64,000 nt of DNA. Origin: Catajapyx aquilonaris. Taxonomy: Eukaryota. Of this stretch, positions 62,036-64,000 are shown one piece after another. The notes below the pieces were generated by a model, which saw nothing but the letters and a program-made list of their open reading frames with translations, searched no databases and was not told the DNA's origin. The translations under genes were made by a program, and so were the position numbers. How positions within the stretch are numbered: position 1 is the first letter of the stretch; each line of letters begins with the position of its first letter. The DNA is taken from positions 1-64,000 of the forward strand of contig KZ538081.1 of assembly GCA_000934665.2 (NCBI GenBank). The letters run 5' to 3'.

Positions 62036-64000
62036 CCCGACAATCAGCAGGCAGAGGGGGGAAGGGCCAAGGCACTGCTGGCATAGAGACTCTCACCGGA
62101 CTCTGAAAGTTTACAGAAAAAAGGAGGAGTGGCTTGAAGATAGGCTCCGCGCCAGCGGACTTTGCGAATGCGGCCGGGGCCGCCCGAAATTACGCCCGGA
62201 CGACCCCGGCCTTTTTCGACGACTAAACTACAAGAATTGAGCCTGCAAGTTTCCCCCCCCCCCCTTCGACGTCATGCACGTGGCACATGACGTCGAAGGG
62301 GGGGGAACCTAGATGCAGGCAGTAAATCAGCCTCTCTTCAACATCATGTGCCAAGAGTATTAGCACATGATGCCAAAAATGGAAGATTTGTAGGGCGGTA
62401 AGAGGAGGTGGGAAAGGATGCTGCTGATGACGGGAACAATCTGGGCTGCAAATGACTGGAAAGAGAAGAAAACAAAGGGGGCAAAAATAGGGAGACGGAA
62501 AAATGATGATCATGTCAGTCAAGACTGCTGGCTTCCAGAGCGGCTGCAAATCACCAGCACTGGAAAGAGAACCAAAATTACATATTTAATTCGAAAACAT
62601 AATAGAAAAGGGTCAATGCAATTACATGGAAATTGAACTTATTGCTTCCTGTGCACAGAAATTAGGCAAATTTTATCACCCTAACATTGATATTTCCCAG
62701 CCACATCAAAAAAAAAGCTTCATTGACATTATCTCTTGTCAGTTTTCATCGAGAGCAATGCCACAGCTGATAACGGTCACGTTGAAGACATCCATAGCAG
62801 AACGGATTAATTGGAAATGCTGTAAAGGAAATGAGCAAAGACTTGGAGCGCAGCACCAAAAGGTTTCCCCTCATTTCCCAATAGAAAGCAGATACATTCA
62901 GAATGTCATTTTATTGTGGTCAGGTAATTCTCTCACTAGCCAACATTGCACAGGAGCCAACACTCAAATCCACGCAACTGCATTGAGACCTTGATCTCAA
63001 TGATACTGACCTACAGCAACATCTCGTCATGGGCATCTTCCTCTGGGCGAAGGAAATCTGAAAGCAACAGAAATGCGCAAGAATGTAAATCAAATCAGCT
63101 GAAACAGTTAACATGTACAATCCATTGTTATGCAAGACCCCACATACACTGAATAGTTTCAAAAGTCACGCGAGAGCAACGTGAAACTTTTGAAGTCACC
63201 CTACCCTGCGGCTTGTATGACCAGGTGTTGTCGTGATGCAGGATGAACACAACAGCTAATGGCCAATTAGAGGGTCACGTATCCCATAACTTTTGGCACT
63301 TCAGGTGCAGCATGCATAAACAGATGCACATTAATTCGAAATTATACACGACAATCACTGAATTGCTGCTGAAACTAACCCATAAAAATAATTTGCTAAT
63401 GGAAGGAGCTATCAGAAGCATCAATAATGGGGTGGTCAGTGATATGGCAGAACTCAATATTATTGACAAGCACATGACAATATAAAAGGAATTAACTAAT
63501 CTGCTCTAGTATGCAGCAGTGTCTAATTAGCGGCTATTTAAACCGCTTCCTAATATAATCAGGGCACCAGTGAAGTTCACCTAGCATGAAAATTATCTAC
63601 ATGTCAATGTCACATGTAGAAATTAATGATGCTACAACACCTTGTGGCTCCCAACTCTTCCATATGCCTCATTAAATATCAGTTGGATTATAACAAAAAA
63701 TGTTACAATTACACACTTACATACTAATGCCATCTACAGTCTAATCTATCTGTACTTATCTATTCTTATAATAATAATACTAATAAATGCTCGAATCATA
63801 CAACTTATATTCTAATGTTGGTCTATCATCTCCACTTACAAATCTAATGTTATAATCATACGATGTATATGCTAATGAGGCATATGACAGATGTTGCAGT
63901 CACAAGGTGTTACTAAAACATGATTCGTCTACTAATTCATATTGTAAAATGGAATGCAGGTGATATTCATGCTAGAGGAACTTCACTGGCATATACGAGA

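Noticed and set aside
62200..64000. Short ORFs as a transposase or additional gene
   Set aside because: No recognisable domain or consistent exon chain.

Overview
Eukaryotic genomic DNA, probably from an arthropod (insect/chelicerate-like RIM protein, degenerate TTAGG tracts), with one assembly gap at 8907-9158. The window holds three protein-coding genes, reconstructed by hand from splice sites and reading phase. (1) Most of a Rab3-interacting molecule gene (Rim/unc-10/RIMS) on the + strand, 4966-~43267. It covers the end of the Zn finger, PDZ, C2A, the RQLPQIP RIM-BP site and C2B; the 5' exons lie upstream of the window. It has three sets of phase-incompatible alternative exons, a GC-AG intron and a probable ~7 kb 3' UTR. 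(2) A complete 3-exon secreted ApoD-like lipocalin (180 aa) nested antisense in a Rim intron, with its poly(A) signal 13 nt from a Rim splice donor. (3) A failed-axon-connections (fax/FAXC, metaxin/GST-fold) gene on the - strand, convergent with Rim. Its constant body is preceded by three tandem two-exon N-terminal modules (ATG exon plus transmembrane-anchor exon), all phase-compatible with the body. This variable-N-terminus cassette, largely invisible in the ORF track, is the most novel feature. Introns carry several palindromic MITE families (one with 7-bp TSDs, P-superfamily-like), minisatellites and microsatellites. All isoform statements are predictions without transcript evidence.
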